A stretch of 33,777 bases of DNA from Deltaproteobacteria bacterium (GCA_034670305.1 JAXMNT010000070.1:1-33777), one strand, 5' to 3'; positions 15,742 to 25,977 are shown, counted from the first letter of the stretch. A program made the numbers and translations. Notes: generated by a model not told the origin, from the letters alone.

Positions 15742-17195
15742 GGGAAGCCGCGGTCGGGGAACGCTTCGCGGCAAGCTGCGGCGCGGGTCTCGTCGATCGT
15801 CGCTGCCGTCAACGTCGGCGGGTCCATGAAGGGCGGCGCGTCGAAGTCGAACATGTCGAGCAGCGGCCACGCGTTCGCGTCGCGCGCGGTCAATGCGGGC
15901 AGGAGCCAGCGGGTCTGCACGAGCCGGAGTACCGAAGTCAGATCGGTGACCCGGTCTGAGACGTAGCCGGCCTTCGCGTATGGAGAGACGACGACCAGCG
16001 GAACCCGGAAGCCCAACTGATCGAACCCGCCCGCTGCATCGGACGGCGTGAGCTCGGGTGCGGTGGCGTCGGGGGGACAGGCGGCGGGGGGCACGACGTG
16101 GTCGTAGAACCCGCCGTGTTCGTCGTAGGTGAGCACGAAGGCGCTGCGCTCCCAGATCGGGCTGTCCATCAGTGCGCTCACGACTTGGTGTACGAACGCC
16201 TGCCCGAACTGCGGGTTCGCCGGTGGGTGTTCGTCGGACTGCTCCACGCCCTGGAAGAACTGCGGCTCGAGGTAGACGATCGGTGGGAGGTCGCCGGCGG
16301 CCAAGTCGGTGAAGAACTGATCGATCGGCTTGATGCGAGAGAGTCGCCGTCCGGCGTACCGCGGGTAGAGCCCGAGCGGGGTCGGCACATCGCTCTGGTA
16401 CATGCGCCAGTTGATCCCGCGCGCTTCGAGCTGCTGGAAGATCACGTACTCCGCGTCCGCCGCGAAGCCGCTCTCTTCGATCGTCGTATTGCGGATGCGT
16501 CCGAACGAGGTGCCGCTCGTGTAGAAGTAGCGGTTCGGCCAGGTCGGTCCGAGCATGCTGCAGTGGTGGTGATCGCTCATCGCGAACGTTTGGTAGAGCT
16601 CCCAGTAGTAGGGAATGTCCGCGTCGGTGAGGATGCCGAGGGCGCGCGCACCGTCCGGCGCGTTGGTGGTCACGAAGCCGTTCATCAATCCGCCCGCGTA
16701 CTGCTCGTGGCTGCGCGTCCAGTTGTGGGTCACGTCTTCGATGCAGAGCACGTCGGTGTGAAAGGGCTCGACCGGGGTGCCGTCGGTGTCCGGGTTCGAT
16801 GCCCCCTCCGGAATGCCCTCGACTCCTGGCATCATGCCGAAGTAGTGGTCGAAGCTCCGGTTCTCTTGCAGCAACAAGATGATGTGATCGAACGGCATCT
16901 CGTCGCCGATCGGGAACGACTCGCCGACCGTCTCCCACGGCATCGCGCCGGCTTCGAACGCGCACCCGGCGCGGCCCTCGTCCGCTTCGGTGTCGGTGAC
17001 GCGGCTCGGGATCTCTGGAAGCGGATCGGGGCCGGTGTCCATGCGCGCTGGCGCGTCCCGGCCCGCGTCCATCGGCGCGTCGTCCCCCGCGTCGGCCGCG
17101 GCGTCGGGCAGGTCGTCGTCGCCACCGCATCCCGTCTGAAGGGGGACGGCGCCACACAGGAGCAACGCAAGGACACGGCTGGCCACGGGTTCCAC
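15738..17195 (-). CDS. Phospholipase C/acid phosphatase (phosphoesterase family, PlcH/AcpA-like) lipoprotein
   Basis: HIILLLQENRSFDHYFG, GPTWPNR, SDEHP, TYDEHGGFYDHV and GFRVPLVVVSPY motifs. GTG start 6 nt after TATGCT. Confidence 0.92.
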   Translation of the reverse strand: MEPVASRVLALLLCGAVPLQTGCGGDDDLPDAAADAGDDAPMDAGRDAPARMDTGPDPLPEIPSRVTDTEADEGRAGCAFEAGAMPWETVGESFPIGDEMPFDHIILLLQENRSFDHYFGMMPGVEGIPEGASNPDTDGTPVEPFHTDVLCIEDVTHNWTRSHEQYAGGLMNGFVTTNAPDGARALGILTDADIPYYWELYQTFAMSDHHHCSMLGPTWPNRYFYTSGTSFGRIRNTTIEESGFAADAEYVIFQQLEARGINWRMYQSDVPTPLGLYPRYAGRRLSRIKPIDQFFTDLAAGDLPPIVYLEPQFFQGVEQSDEHPPANPQFGQAFVHQVVSALMDSPIWERSAFVLTYDEHGGFYDHVVPPAACPPDATAPELTPSDAAGGFDQLGFRVPLVVVSPYAKAGYVSDRVTDLTSVLRLVQTRWLLPALTARDANAWPLLDMFDFDAPPFMDPPTLTAATIDETRAAACREAFPDRGFP

Positions 17196-17243
17196 CGCGC
17201 GAGCATACCGCCGTTCCGTCCGAAGGTCGTCCGAGCGCCCGCG

Positions 17244-18440
17244 ATGCGGGGTGTCTGGAGAACGATCGGTCTCGTGGTGTGCGTGGCGTGGCTCGGCGCC
17301 TGCTCGGAACCGCCCGCGCAGCTGGTCACGGCCGACCCGAGCGACGACCCCATCGCGGGGCTCGATGCGCCGATGCTCCAGCGGTTCGCGGCGGGGGACG
17401 CGGACTTCGCGCACGTCTTTCGGCCGAGCGAGGGGCTCGGCCCGCGCTTCATTCGCCGCACCTGCGAAGGCTGTCACGCGGACGACGGCCGCGGTCCCGG
17501 TGTGGTGGAGCGGGTGGTCGCGCCGACTCCAACCTCGGCCGAGTCGCTCGAGGCAGGCGCGGTCTTTCGCCCTTCCGCCGTCGCACCGCTCTCGGATCTT
17601 CGCTTGCCCACTGGCGTGCGGCGTCTTCGACGGTTGCCGCCGGCGGTGTTCGGGCGCGGGTATCTGGACGCGGTGCTCGACTCGGAGCTCGCGCGCGTCG
17701 AGCGTCATCAAGCGCGCACGGGGGTGGTGTCCGGGCGCGTGGTGCACGCGGCGCGGTCGTCGCGCATCCCAGCGCGCGAAGGGTACGGGCATGCGTACGG
17801 ACGGTTTGGGCTGAAGGCGGAACGGTCCGACCTGGAAGACTTCGTGGCGGGCGCCTACCTCGACGACATGGGATTGAGTTCCCCCCACCGGCCGGAGGAA
17901 CCGGACCAACCCAGCGAGGACGCCCGCCCGGGCATCGACGTCGACCGCGAGACGGTGGAGCGGGTGGCGGACTACGTTCGGCTTCTGGCGATCCCGTCGC
18001 GCACCGCCGAAGTGGGCTCGGAGGTGTTCGCCGAGGTCGGGTGCGCAGACTGCCACGTGCCGAGCCTGCGAACCGACCCCGCGTATCCGATCCCGCAGCT
18101 CGCTGGCATCGATGCACCGATCTTCTCCGACCTCTTGGTCCACGACATGGGCGAGGCGCTTTCGAGTGCGCCTGCGCCGGAACCGCCACCGCCGTTGGAT
18201 GGGTTGCACGACGTCGGCACCGCGTTGCGAGGCGCCACCGAGGTGCAGCCGGTGGAGTGGCGCACTTCACCGCTGATCGGGATACGACACCTCAGCGCGC
18301 TCCTCCACGACGGCCGCGCCCGCAATGTCACCGAGGCGATCGAAGCGCACGCCGGTGAAGCCGCCCCGTCGCGCGCTCGGTTCGAACGACTCGTGCCGGC
18401 ACGACGCGCGCGCCTGGTGCGCTACGTGGAGTCCCTGTGA
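17244..18440 (+). CDS. Di-haem oxidoreductase family (DHOR) lipoprotein
   Basis: Lipobox LGAC. GLGPRF...CEGCH, FGRGYLDAV, GRFGLKA, GCADCH, FSDLLVHDMG, WRTSPLIG and LLHDGRA motifs. Confidence 0.9.
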   Translation: MRGVWRTIGLVVCVAWLGACSEPPAQLVTADPSDDPIAGLDAPMLQRFAAGDADFAHVFRPSEGLGPRFIRRTCEGCHADDGRGPGVVERVVAPTPTSAESLEAGAVFRPSAVAPLSDLRLPTGVRRLRRLPPAVFGRGYLDAVLDSELARVERHQARTGVVSGRVVHAARSSRIPAREGYGHAYGRFGLKAERSDLEDFVAGAYLDDMGLSSPHRPEEPDQPSEDARPGIDVDRETVERVADYVRLLAIPSRTAEVGSEVFAEVGCADCHVPSLRTDPAYPIPQLAGIDAPIFSDLLVHDMGEALSSAPAPEPPPPLDGLHDVGTALRGATEVQPVEWRTSPLIGIRHLSALLHDGRARNVTEAIEAHAGEAAPSRARFERLVPARRARLVRYVESL

Positions 18441-19420
18441 AGACCTGGGCATGGCTGCTCGTGGGGCTGGCGGCGTGTACGCCACCGCGCGACCGAGCGA
18501 TCGAAGACGTGAAGCGGTACGTCGGGCAAGAACTCGAGGCGCTGCACGACGCGACGGTGCGTTTGCGTCAGGCGGCACCCGAAGCAAGCGACGGATGGTC
18601 GCTGAGCACGCACCGAGAGGCGGTCCTGGAGATGCGGGCGGCTTGGTCGGATGCGCGCGATGCGTACGAGCGGATCGAAGGTGCCATCGGCATGTTGTTC
18701 CCCCACTACGACGTATCGGTCGACGAACGCTACGAGGCGTTCATCGCCGTGCGGCCCGACCGCAACCTCTTCGACGACGACGGGGTGACCGGCATGCACG
18801 CGGTCGAGCGCATCCTCTGGGCGGGCGAACATTCGGACGCGACGGTGCGCTTCGAGCGGTCGCTGCCCTACTACGAGCCCGCGTCGTTTCCGAGCACCGC
18901 GCGCGAGGCGTCCGAGTTCCGGGAGCTCCTGCTCGCGCGGCTGGAGCGCGAGTGCCTCGAGATGCGGGACACCTTCCGCTCGCTGGCGCTCGATCCGGCG
19001 GCTGCGTTTCGGGGGTTGCTCGGATCGATCGAAGAGCAGCAGGAGAAGGTCGCGCTCGGCGGAACCGGTGAAGGCGAGTCCAGATACGCCAATCGCACGC
19101 TCGCCGATATGCGCGCCAACCTCGAAGGCGGCGTGCACGTCTTCGCGGCGATCGCGCCGTGGTTGCTCGATGAAGGCGGCGCCGCGGAAGACGTGCGCAT
19201 CCGCGCGGGCTTCGAGCGGCTGCAGGCGCTGTACGACGGGGTCGAAGGAGACGCCCTGCCTGAGGTGCCGGCTGGGTGGCCGGAGGAGGGCGGCGAGCGC
19301 GCGTTCGGTCGACTGCACGAAGACGTGCGACGAGAGTCCGATCCGGAAGGGGGCGGGTTGATGCGCGACCTCATGCGCGCGGCGGAGCGGGTGGACGCGG
19401 CGGTGCTGCCGAGGATCTAG
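18437..19420 (+). CDS. Imelysin-like (peptidase M75 / EfeM-EfeO family) lipoprotein
   Basis: GTGA overlap with DHOR; lipobox LAAC; AYERIE, TGMHAVERILW (HxxE) and GEGESRYA motifs. Confidence 0.88.
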   Translation: MKTWAWLLVGLAACTPPRDRAIEDVKRYVGQELEALHDATVRLRQAAPEASDGWSLSTHREAVLEMRAAWSDARDAYERIEGAIGMLFPHYDVSVDERYEAFIAVRPDRNLFDDDGVTGMHAVERILWAGEHSDATVRFERSLPYYEPASFPSTAREASEFRELLLARLERECLEMRDTFRSLALDPAAAFRGLLGSIEEQQEKVALGGTGEGESRYANRTLADMRANLEGGVHVFAAIAPWLLDEGGAAEDVRIRAGFERLQALYDGVEGDALPEVPAGWPEEGGERAFGRLHEDVRRESDPEGGGLMRDLMRAAERVDAAVLPRI

Positions 19421-19437
19421 GTGGACAGCGGGGGTAT

Positions 19438-19678
19438 CCCTTGCCCTTGCCCTTGCCCCTGCCCTTGCCCCTGCTCCTGCCCTTGCCCCGCTTTTGAGAA
19501 CCGACGCCGACGCCGAAGCCGAATCCGAAGCCGACGCCGAAGCCGAAGCCGACGCCGAAGCCGACGCCGACGCCGAAGCCGACGCCGACTCCGACGCCGA
19601 AACCGAAACCGAATCCGAATCCGAAGGAGAGGATGCGCGGTTCCCGTGCCCGTGCCCGTGCCCGTGCCCGTGCCCGTG
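19438..19678. repeat. Composite hexamer microsatellite (CCCTTG)n-(CCGAAG/CCGACG)n-(CCCGTG)n
   Basis: Three adjacent hexamer blocks between convergent genes ending at 19420 (+) and 19811 (-). Confidence 0.9.
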
Positions 19679-19810
19679 TTGGTCAGTCGGTGCCGATGCA
19701 GAAGCGGACACCGGTCAACCGAGACCGCCCAAGCGATGCGGCTTGGGCGGGCTCGGATCTTCGTCTTGCCCGGGCAAGGGCAAGGGACGTTGCCTACGTC
19801 GCTTCTTGGC

Positions 19811-20737
19811 TCAGCGGGGCAGCGGCATGCCAGGGGCCCAGACGAGGGGGTTTCGGACGTTGGTGTTGCTGGCGAGGGTGCGGACGAGGAGGACGCCAGG
19901 AGCGCGCGGTTGGTAGACGACGGGCTGGGTGGGTCGCACCGGCACCGGTTCCAGGTGGACGGGTTCGACCGCCACGGGGGTCGGGACCACGGCGACCTGC
20001 TGAGCGGCGCCGAAGAGGTCGCCTTGGGCGAGCACGCGGCCGGCGGTGGGGATGCTGTGGGCGGCGCGCCAGGCGATGAGTCGGTCCACGGCTTGGTTGA
20101 GGCTGGTTTCGGTGGCCCGCCGGAGGGTGACTTCGATCTGGCGGAAGCGGGCTTGCAGGCGCGCCTTCTCCAAATCTTCCATCACGGGCTCGTCGGGCAG
20201 ATCGGGTTCGATGAAGAAGTAGGGCTCCTGGATCATCGCGATCTCGTCCTGGGTGAAGCCGCTCGAGAGCATCCACGCGAGGAGCGGTCCGTCGTGCACG
20301 TCGGCGAGGCGGAGGAAGTTGTTCTGGGCAGCGACCTGCTGGACCCGCGAGAGCAGTCCGTCGATCGACATCAGGTTGGCGGCTGCACAGATGTGTCCCT
20401 CGTCGTCGATGAAGACGTTGAGCATGCCGGGCTGCTCGTGGTTGCGGGGGAACTCACCGGCGGCGGCGTAGGCGCTGAAGCGTGCGAGGTTCGTGACCCG
20501 CCGCGCAGCGAGCTGATCCCGGAGCACCTCTCGCACGGAGCGGGGCGGGGAGACCTGCTGGGGCACGGGGGCGCGGCGGGCGACGATCGCGCGGCCGCCA
20601 CCGGGATGCCAGACCCCGACTTGGGCGGAGGCAGACACGGGCAGCAGCGACGCGGCGACAGCAAGGATCGCACCGAGCGCAAGCGCGTTGGGGCGGGCGG
20701 GTGTGCGGTTCGGGACCGGAGGGGTGTGACTGGGCAT
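19811..20737 (-). CDS. Hypothetical secreted protein
   Basis: Signal peptide ending ASA-Q, globular core (FPRNHE...FIDDEGHICAAANLM...EIAMIQEPY) and a Pro/Val-rich tail. Confidence 0.7.
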   Translation of the reverse strand: MPSHTPPVPNRTPARPNALALGAILAVAASLLPVSASAQVGVWHPGGGRAIVARRAPVPQQVSPPRSVREVLRDQLAARRVTNLARFSAYAAAGEFPRNHEQPGMLNVFIDDEGHICAAANLMSIDGLLSRVQQVAAQNNFLRLADVHDGPLLAWMLSSGFTQDEIAMIQEPYFFIEPDLPDEPVMEDLEKARLQARFRQIEVTLRRATETSLNQAVDRLIAWRAAHSIPTAGRVLAQGDLFGAAQQVAVVPTPVAVEPVHLEPVPVRPTQPVVYQPRAPGVLLVRTLASNTNVRNPLVWAPGMPLPR

Positions 20738-20792
20738 GGAAAGTCAGACGCGCCACATCGGCGCTCGGTCTGCCGCTTTACGTTTCTTTTGC

Positions 20793-21345
20793 TTCTTTAT
20801 TGTCACTACGGGCCTGGCCCGCTTCGCGGGACTGGCGGCCCTAATTCGGCGTCCAGAGCACCTTCACGTGCTCGCCGCCCGAGCATTTGGACACACTGAA
20901 GAAGCGATTGGAACAACTGGCGGCTGCGCGCGGTGAAGGCACTCCCGCCGCCTCTATGACGCACTTGGGGAGTGCACCAGTTGCTCGCCCTACGGGCTGC
21001 GCAGGTGCACGGGTGGAGCCGCCTGACTCGTTGGCGTTGTGAGATGGCCTGGCCCGCTTCGCGGGACTGGCGGCCCTAATTCGGCGTCCAGTGTTTCTGA
21101 GGGGGAAGGGTTCCCCCTCCGGCCTTCGGCCTCCTCCCCACCTGGGCACCTTCACGTGCTCGCCGCCCGAGCATTTGGACACACTGAAGAAGCGATTGGA
21201 ACAACTGGCGGCTGCGCGCGGTGAAGGCACTCCCGCCGCCTCTATGACGCACTTGGGGAGTGCACCAGTTGCTCGCCCTACGGGCTGCGCAGGTGCACGG
21301 GTGGAGCCGCCTGACTCGTTGGCGTTGTGAGATGGCCTGGCCCGC
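20793..21345 (-). repeat. Array B of the ~235-bp structured repeat (family 2): two full units plus a fragment
   Basis: GGCCTGGCCCGC starts at 20811, 21046 and 21334 (periods 235 and 288). The second unit carries a ~53-bp insert at about 21092-21145; the units are otherwise essentially identical. Confidence 0.95.
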
Positions 21346-21380
21346 GCCTCGCAGCGGCCACCTCTTGTATGCTCCGCGCC

Positions 21381-23780
21381 ATGTCGGCGGAATCCGAGAT
21401 CACCGTGCGGACGGTGCTGGAGCGCCTGGCGGAGGATCCCGTCTGCGCGCTCCACGGCATGCCCGGCGTCGGCAAGAGCCGGTTGCTGCACGCGGCGGCG
21501 CGCGGCTTGTCCGAGTGGTCCGAAGTCCAAGTACTGACGGTCGAGGCCGGAACCGAGCCGCTCCCCGAGTTCATTGGGCCGGTCCTGGTGCTCGATTCGG
21601 AATCCACGGTCGACCTCGACGGCGTCCGCGCCTGGGTGGTGCGCGCCCCGGACCGCCGCGCCCTCGTCGCGAGCTGGCTGCCGAGCTCCGCGGAGTCGAT
21701 CTGCGTGCCGCCCATGGCGCTTCCCGATCGCGGGACCCCGGTGCGCGACTCGGCTGCGGGCGCGTTCTGGGTCCGGTGCGCCAAGAAGGTCGCGTCCGAC
21801 TACGTGCTCGACGACGAGCGCGAGGACGTGGTGCGGCTCATCCTCGAACACATCGACGGGGTGCCGCTGGCCATCGAAGAACTCTGCGGCTTGCTCTCGC
21901 TGCTCGACGAGGAAGCGATCCTCGACCGGCTCGAGAAGGCGCCGGCCAAACTCTGGCGCGCCGCCGGCCAGGGGGAACGGCCGCTCCTGTCGCGCCTAGA
22001 GCGGTACTGGGCCCACCTGCCTTCGGACTGGCGCGACGCGCTCGTGCAGACCCGCGCCTTCGCCAGCTTCTTCGACGCCGCCGCGGCGGAGGAGATCGTG
22101 GAACTCGAGGGCAGCGTGCTCGACGTGCTCCGCCGCACCATCGACGCGTCTTTGCTGGCGACCCGAGGGGCCGTCGGCATGCGGCTCGTGCGGACGCGAG
22201 CGCTCCTCGGGTGCGTGTCGCCACCGGAGGGCGACGTGCTGGCGCGGGCCCGCGAGCGGCACGCCCACCATGTGTGCGAGGAGGTGCTGGCCGGCCGCAC
22301 CCAGCGCGTGCTGGGCGAACTGATGCGCGCGGCGACCACCTTCGCCTCGCCGCGATTGGGGGCCTCGAGAGAAGACGACATCGAACGGGCGACGCTCTTG
22401 CTCTCGGCGATCGACATCGCGTCGCTCGATCGGCACCAGGCGACGGCCTACTTGGATCTGCTCTCCCTCGTCTTCCCGGACGAGCCGCCCATCGCCCTCG
22501 AACGCAAACACGTGAGCGCGCTCCGGCGCCTTGCGCGGTACGACGACGCGCGCGATGTGCTCGAGAGCGCGTCGGCCCGCGTCGAACACGCGGTCGACGC
22601 ACCGGTCGCGCTCAAGGCGGAGCTCCTGGCCGAACTCGGCGCGCTGCACCTCGACGCGGGCGAACTCGACGACGCGCTCGACCGGTTGGACGACGCGCTC
22701 GACACGCTCGGCGTCGGCACCCTCGAACTCGATGCGCCCACCCACCGGGCCACCGCGCTCGTACGGCGCGGCGAAGTGCTCCAGGAACTCGGGCGCAGCG
22801 AAGCGGCGCAGGCGGATCTCGAGCAGAGCTACCTCCTGTTCCGCGAGGAGGGCAACCACGCCCGCGAGATCCACGCGCTCTTGCGACTGGCGCGGGTGCG
22901 CACGAGCCTCGGACGTTTCGACGCGGCGCGGCAGGCCCTCGAGGATGGGCGCGCGCTCGCGGAGAAGGCCGGGGTCCCGCTCTGGCTCGGCTACGCGCAG
23001 ATGGGCGTCGCGCTCGTCGCACACACCGAAGGTCAACTCGGACCCGCGTGCGAGCTGTACAAGCGGGCCGAGCGCGCGCTTCAAGAACACGGCAGCGCGG
23101 CCGACGTCGGCACCTGCGCGACCTACCTCGCCATGGCACTTCATTCGATGCGGCAGTTGGACGACGCCAGCCTGCACGCGCGGCGCGGGCGGCAGCTGCT
23201 CGAACAGACCGGTTCTGGACGGCTCGGCGTGATCGCGCAGGGTGCGTGCGTCGGCATCGAAGCGGATCTCGGCGCGCTCGACGTGGCGCGCGCCCGGCTC
23301 GCGGCTGCGCTCGAAGCGATCGAAGGCCGCTCCGATCCGATCGTGCGCTTCCTCTGGTTGCGCGGCGCGCACCTGCCCGAGCGCTCCTTGCCGAAAGGCG
23401 ACGACCCGCCCTCGGTCGAGCTGCGTCTGGCGCGACAGACGCTCCAACAACAGCGCAAGGAGGGCGACGGCATCCGGGTTCAGCTCGATGGGCGCGCATT
23501 CGTGCTCCCATCCGGTGAAGTGTCTCTCCGCCGGCGCAAAGCGCTGCGGCGCATCTTGGCGGCGCTCGCCCAATCGTTGGCCGCGGCCCCCGGCACCGCG
23601 ATGTCGGTCGACGATCTCTTCGACGCCGGCTGGCCCGGCGAACGGCTCGGACCCGAACACGCCAACAACCGGGTCTACAACGCCGTGAGCGAACTGCGCT
23701 CCATGGGCCTGAAACAGATCCTCATCCGCCAGGACGACGGCTACCTCCTGGACCCGGCCGAGAACGTCACAGCCGTCTGA
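21381..23780 (+). CDS. STAND-like ATPase with TPR repeats and a C-terminal winged-helix; putative transcriptional regulator
   Basis: Walker A GMPGVGKS, Walker B VLVLDS, DGVPLAIE (GxP), TPR-like helices, and C-terminal LFDAGWPGE...NRVYNAVSELRSMGL...GYLL. ATG is 7 nt after TATGCT. Confidence 0.85.
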   Translation: MSAESEITVRTVLERLAEDPVCALHGMPGVGKSRLLHAAARGLSEWSEVQVLTVEAGTEPLPEFIGPVLVLDSESTVDLDGVRAWVVRAPDRRALVASWLPSSAESICVPPMALPDRGTPVRDSAAGAFWVRCAKKVASDYVLDDEREDVVRLILEHIDGVPLAIEELCGLLSLLDEEAILDRLEKAPAKLWRAAGQGERPLLSRLERYWAHLPSDWRDALVQTRAFASFFDAAAAEEIVELEGSVLDVLRRTIDASLLATRGAVGMRLVRTRALLGCVSPPEGDVLARARERHAHHVCEEVLAGRTQRVLGELMRAATTFASPRLGASREDDIERATLLLSAIDIASLDRHQATAYLDLLSLVFPDEPPIALERKHVSALRRLARYDDARDVLESASARVEHAVDAPVALKAELLAELGALHLDAGELDDALDRLDDALDTLGVGTLELDAPTHRATALVRRGEVLQELGRSEAAQADLEQSYLLFREEGNHAREIHALLRLARVRTSLGRFDAARQALEDGRALAEKAGVPLWLGYAQMGVALVAHTEGQLGPACELYKRAERALQEHGSAADVGTCATYLAMALHSMRQLDDASLHARRGRQLLEQTGSGRLGVIAQGACVGIEADLGALDVARARLAAALEAIEGRSDPIVRFLWLRGAHLPERSLPKGDDPPSVELRLARQTLQQQRKEGDGIRVQLDGRAFVLPSGEVSLRRRKALRRILAALAQSLAAAPGTAMSVDDLFDAGWPGERLGPEHANNRVYNAVSELRSMGLKQILIRQDDGYLLDPAENVTAV

Positions 23781-23991
23781 CGCGAACCGACGCGGTGGAG
23801 AAGGAGCCGTGTGATCGATCACGGCTACATGTGCCTACATGTGCGTGACCTGTTAGCACGACGTTCGATGGTTGCGGTCCGGAGCGCTCACGCGCTGTCT
23901 TGAGCCTCGCTCTTAGATCCGGAGAACTCGTCGAAGCCACCCGGCTTCCATGACCCCGCATCGTTTCAACTCTCTCCCCCGGAGTTTGGAC

Positions 23992-25977
23992 ATGCGCCGT
24001 TTTCTGTTTCTCTCCTGCGTTCTGAGCCTCAGTGCATCCATTGGATGTGCCACCGACGAGGTCGGTGAAGCCTCGGACCTGATCGTCGCGGGCTCGCCCG
24101 ACGAGGTCGCCGTTCTGGCGCTCGTCAACGATCGCGACGTGACCCAATCGATGTTCGACATCGACGTCGGACTCGACCGGCGCGCCGCCGCCAACATCGT
24201 CTCGACCCGCAACGGCCCCGACTGGATGCAGGCCACCGCCGACGATGTCGACTTTCAGTCGATCGTCGAGCTCGACGCGGTCTCCTACGTCGGACCGCGC
24301 GCCCTGGCGGACCTGCTCGCCTACGCGCGCGCCAACGGATACCTCCCGGTCGATGCGCCCGTCGACGTGCGCGAAGCCACCATGCTCGCGTTCGTGAACG
24401 ACGGCGCGACCAGCTTCGAGCTGCTCGACGACGACGTCGGCCTCGACCGCCGCGCCGCCGGCAACATCATCGCGCACCGCGCCGGAGACGACGGTCTCTT
24501 GGAGACGGCCGACGACCGCGCCTTCGCGACGGTCAACGAACTCGACGCGATCTCCTACGTCGGCGAACGCGCCCTCGAACTGATCTACGAGTACGCGCTC
24601 GCGCACGGGTTCGGCCCGTCGCAGGGCGACGTCGTCGCCGAGGTGATCTTCTCGCCGCAGCCCTTCGCGACGAGCCACGCGACGCGCGTGCTCGAGCTCA
24701 TCGACGGCGCGCAGAGCTCGCTCGACATCGCGATGTACAGCTTCTCGATCGGCTCGATCTACGACGCGATCGAAGCCGCCGTCGCCCGCGGGGTGAAGGT
24801 GCGCATGATCTTTGAGACCGCGAACGCCGACCGCCGCGCCTCGGATCCGAGTTCGACCCGCTCCGCGCGGCTCGAGCGCATGGGCGTGAACGTTCGCTAC
24901 GTGAACAAGATCATGCACCACAAGTTCATTCTCGTGGACGGCCCGCGCGACGACGATGCGCGCGCCATGACCGCGAGCATTGCGAGTGGCAGCGCCAACT
25001 GGTCGAACGGCGGCGCCACCCGCTACGACGAGAACACGCTCTTCCTGCGCGGGTTGCCCGAGTTCGCGCGTTCGTTCCAGCGCGAGTTCGATCACCTCTG
25101 GAGCCACTCGCGCGACTTCGTGTTCGACGAGAGCCTTCCTTACGAGCTGGCCACCAACGTCATCGACGAAGTCGCCATGCCGGACGACGCCGCGGCGCTC
25201 TTCACCTCCGACAACTTCACCGTGACGACCACGACCTTCCGGGTGACCGGCGCCAACACTGTGTCGGACGCGCTCGTCGCCGCGATCGATGCCGCGACCG
25301 ATTCGATTCATGTCGCGAGCGGCCACCTCCGGTCGCGGCCGGTCTCCGAAGCGATCATGCGCGCGGCGCGTGAACGGCCCGAGATGGACATCCGCGTCTA
25401 CCTCGATGGGCAGGAGTGGATCAGCGAGTGGGTTGCCAACGCGCAGGCGAATGACCTCGAAGACTGCGTCGAAGTGGCCTCGACCGAGTCGCAGATCCGG
25501 CGCTGCTACGACCGCGGTTTCAAGTTCGGCTACGACGTGCAGGAGGCCGGCGCCGACGTGCGGTACAAGTTCTACTCATACCGCTGGCACTACACCTACG
25601 CGGTGCAGATGCACCACAAGTACCTCGTCATCGACGGCGACGAGCTCTGGACCGGCAGCTACAACTTGTCCGACAACGCGGAACACAACACCATGGAGAA
25701 CATGCTGATGTTCCGGGGCCCGCGTTTCGCCGAACTCGTCGCTGCGTACGAAGCGAACTTCGAGTCGATGTGGGAGACCCACCGCGACGACGGGACCTAC
25801 GAGTCGATCGAAGACGACATCCGCACCGACCCGCTCGTGCCGCTGGTTTTCACGCCGGTCGCCATGACCTGGTCTCAGGTCGACGACATTCGTCGACTCA
25901 CACGAACGGAGTGCCCGGCGGTCGACAGCGCCGACTACCGGAGCCGTCCGGAGAACTACCGCGTCTGCGAACGTTGA
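23992..25977 (+). CDS. Phospholipase D superfamily (two HKD motifs, Nuc-like) lipoprotein with duplicated N-terminal helix-hairpin-helix-like modules
   Basis: Lipobox SIGC. Two repeats of DVGLDRRAA.NI...ELDA(V/I)SYVG.RAL. Catalytic motifs HHKFILVD...SGSANWS and HHKYLVID...TGSYNLS. GGAG RBS. Confidence 0.88.
   Translation: MRRFLFLSCVLSLSASIGCATDEVGEASDLIVAGSPDEVAVLALVNDRDVTQSMFDIDVGLDRRAAANIVSTRNGPDWMQATADDVDFQSIVELDAVSYVGPRALADLLAYARANGYLPVDAPVDVREATMLAFVNDGATSFELLDDDVGLDRRAAGNIIAHRAGDDGLLETADDRAFATVNELDAISYVGERALELIYEYALAHGFGPSQGDVVAEVIFSPQPFATSHATRVLELIDGAQSSLDIAMYSFSIGSIYDAIEAAVARGVKVRMIFETANADRRASDPSSTRSARLERMGVNVRYVNKIMHHKFILVDGPRDDDARAMTASIASGSANWSNGGATRYDENTLFLRGLPEFARSFQREFDHLWSHSRDFVFDESLPYELATNVIDEVAMPDDAAALFTSDNFTVTTTTFRVTGANTVSDALVAAIDAATDSIHVASGHLRSRPVSEAIMRAARERPEMDIRVYLDGQEWISEWVANAQANDLEDCVEVASTESQIRRCYDRGFKFGYDVQEAGADVRYKFYSYRWHYTYAVQMHHKYLVIDGDELWTGSYNLSDNAEHNTMENMLMFRGPRFAELVAAYEANFESMWETHRDDGTYESIEDDIRTDPLVPLVFTPVAMTWSQVDDIRRLTRTECPAVDSADYRSRPENYRVCER

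Noticed and set aside
15742-18209. The 684-aa (15103-17157), 823-aa (15738-18209) and 780-aa (16098-18440) ORFs as full-length proteins
   Set aside because: Only their C-terminal parts carry family motifs, and signal peptides mark internal starts at 15741, 17195 and 17244.
20890-20920. CTGAAGA in the large repeat as a hammerhead ribozyme core (CUGANGA)
   Set aside because: No stem II followed by GAAA, and the leading C is not conserved (TTGAAGA in C1, GTGAAGA in A).
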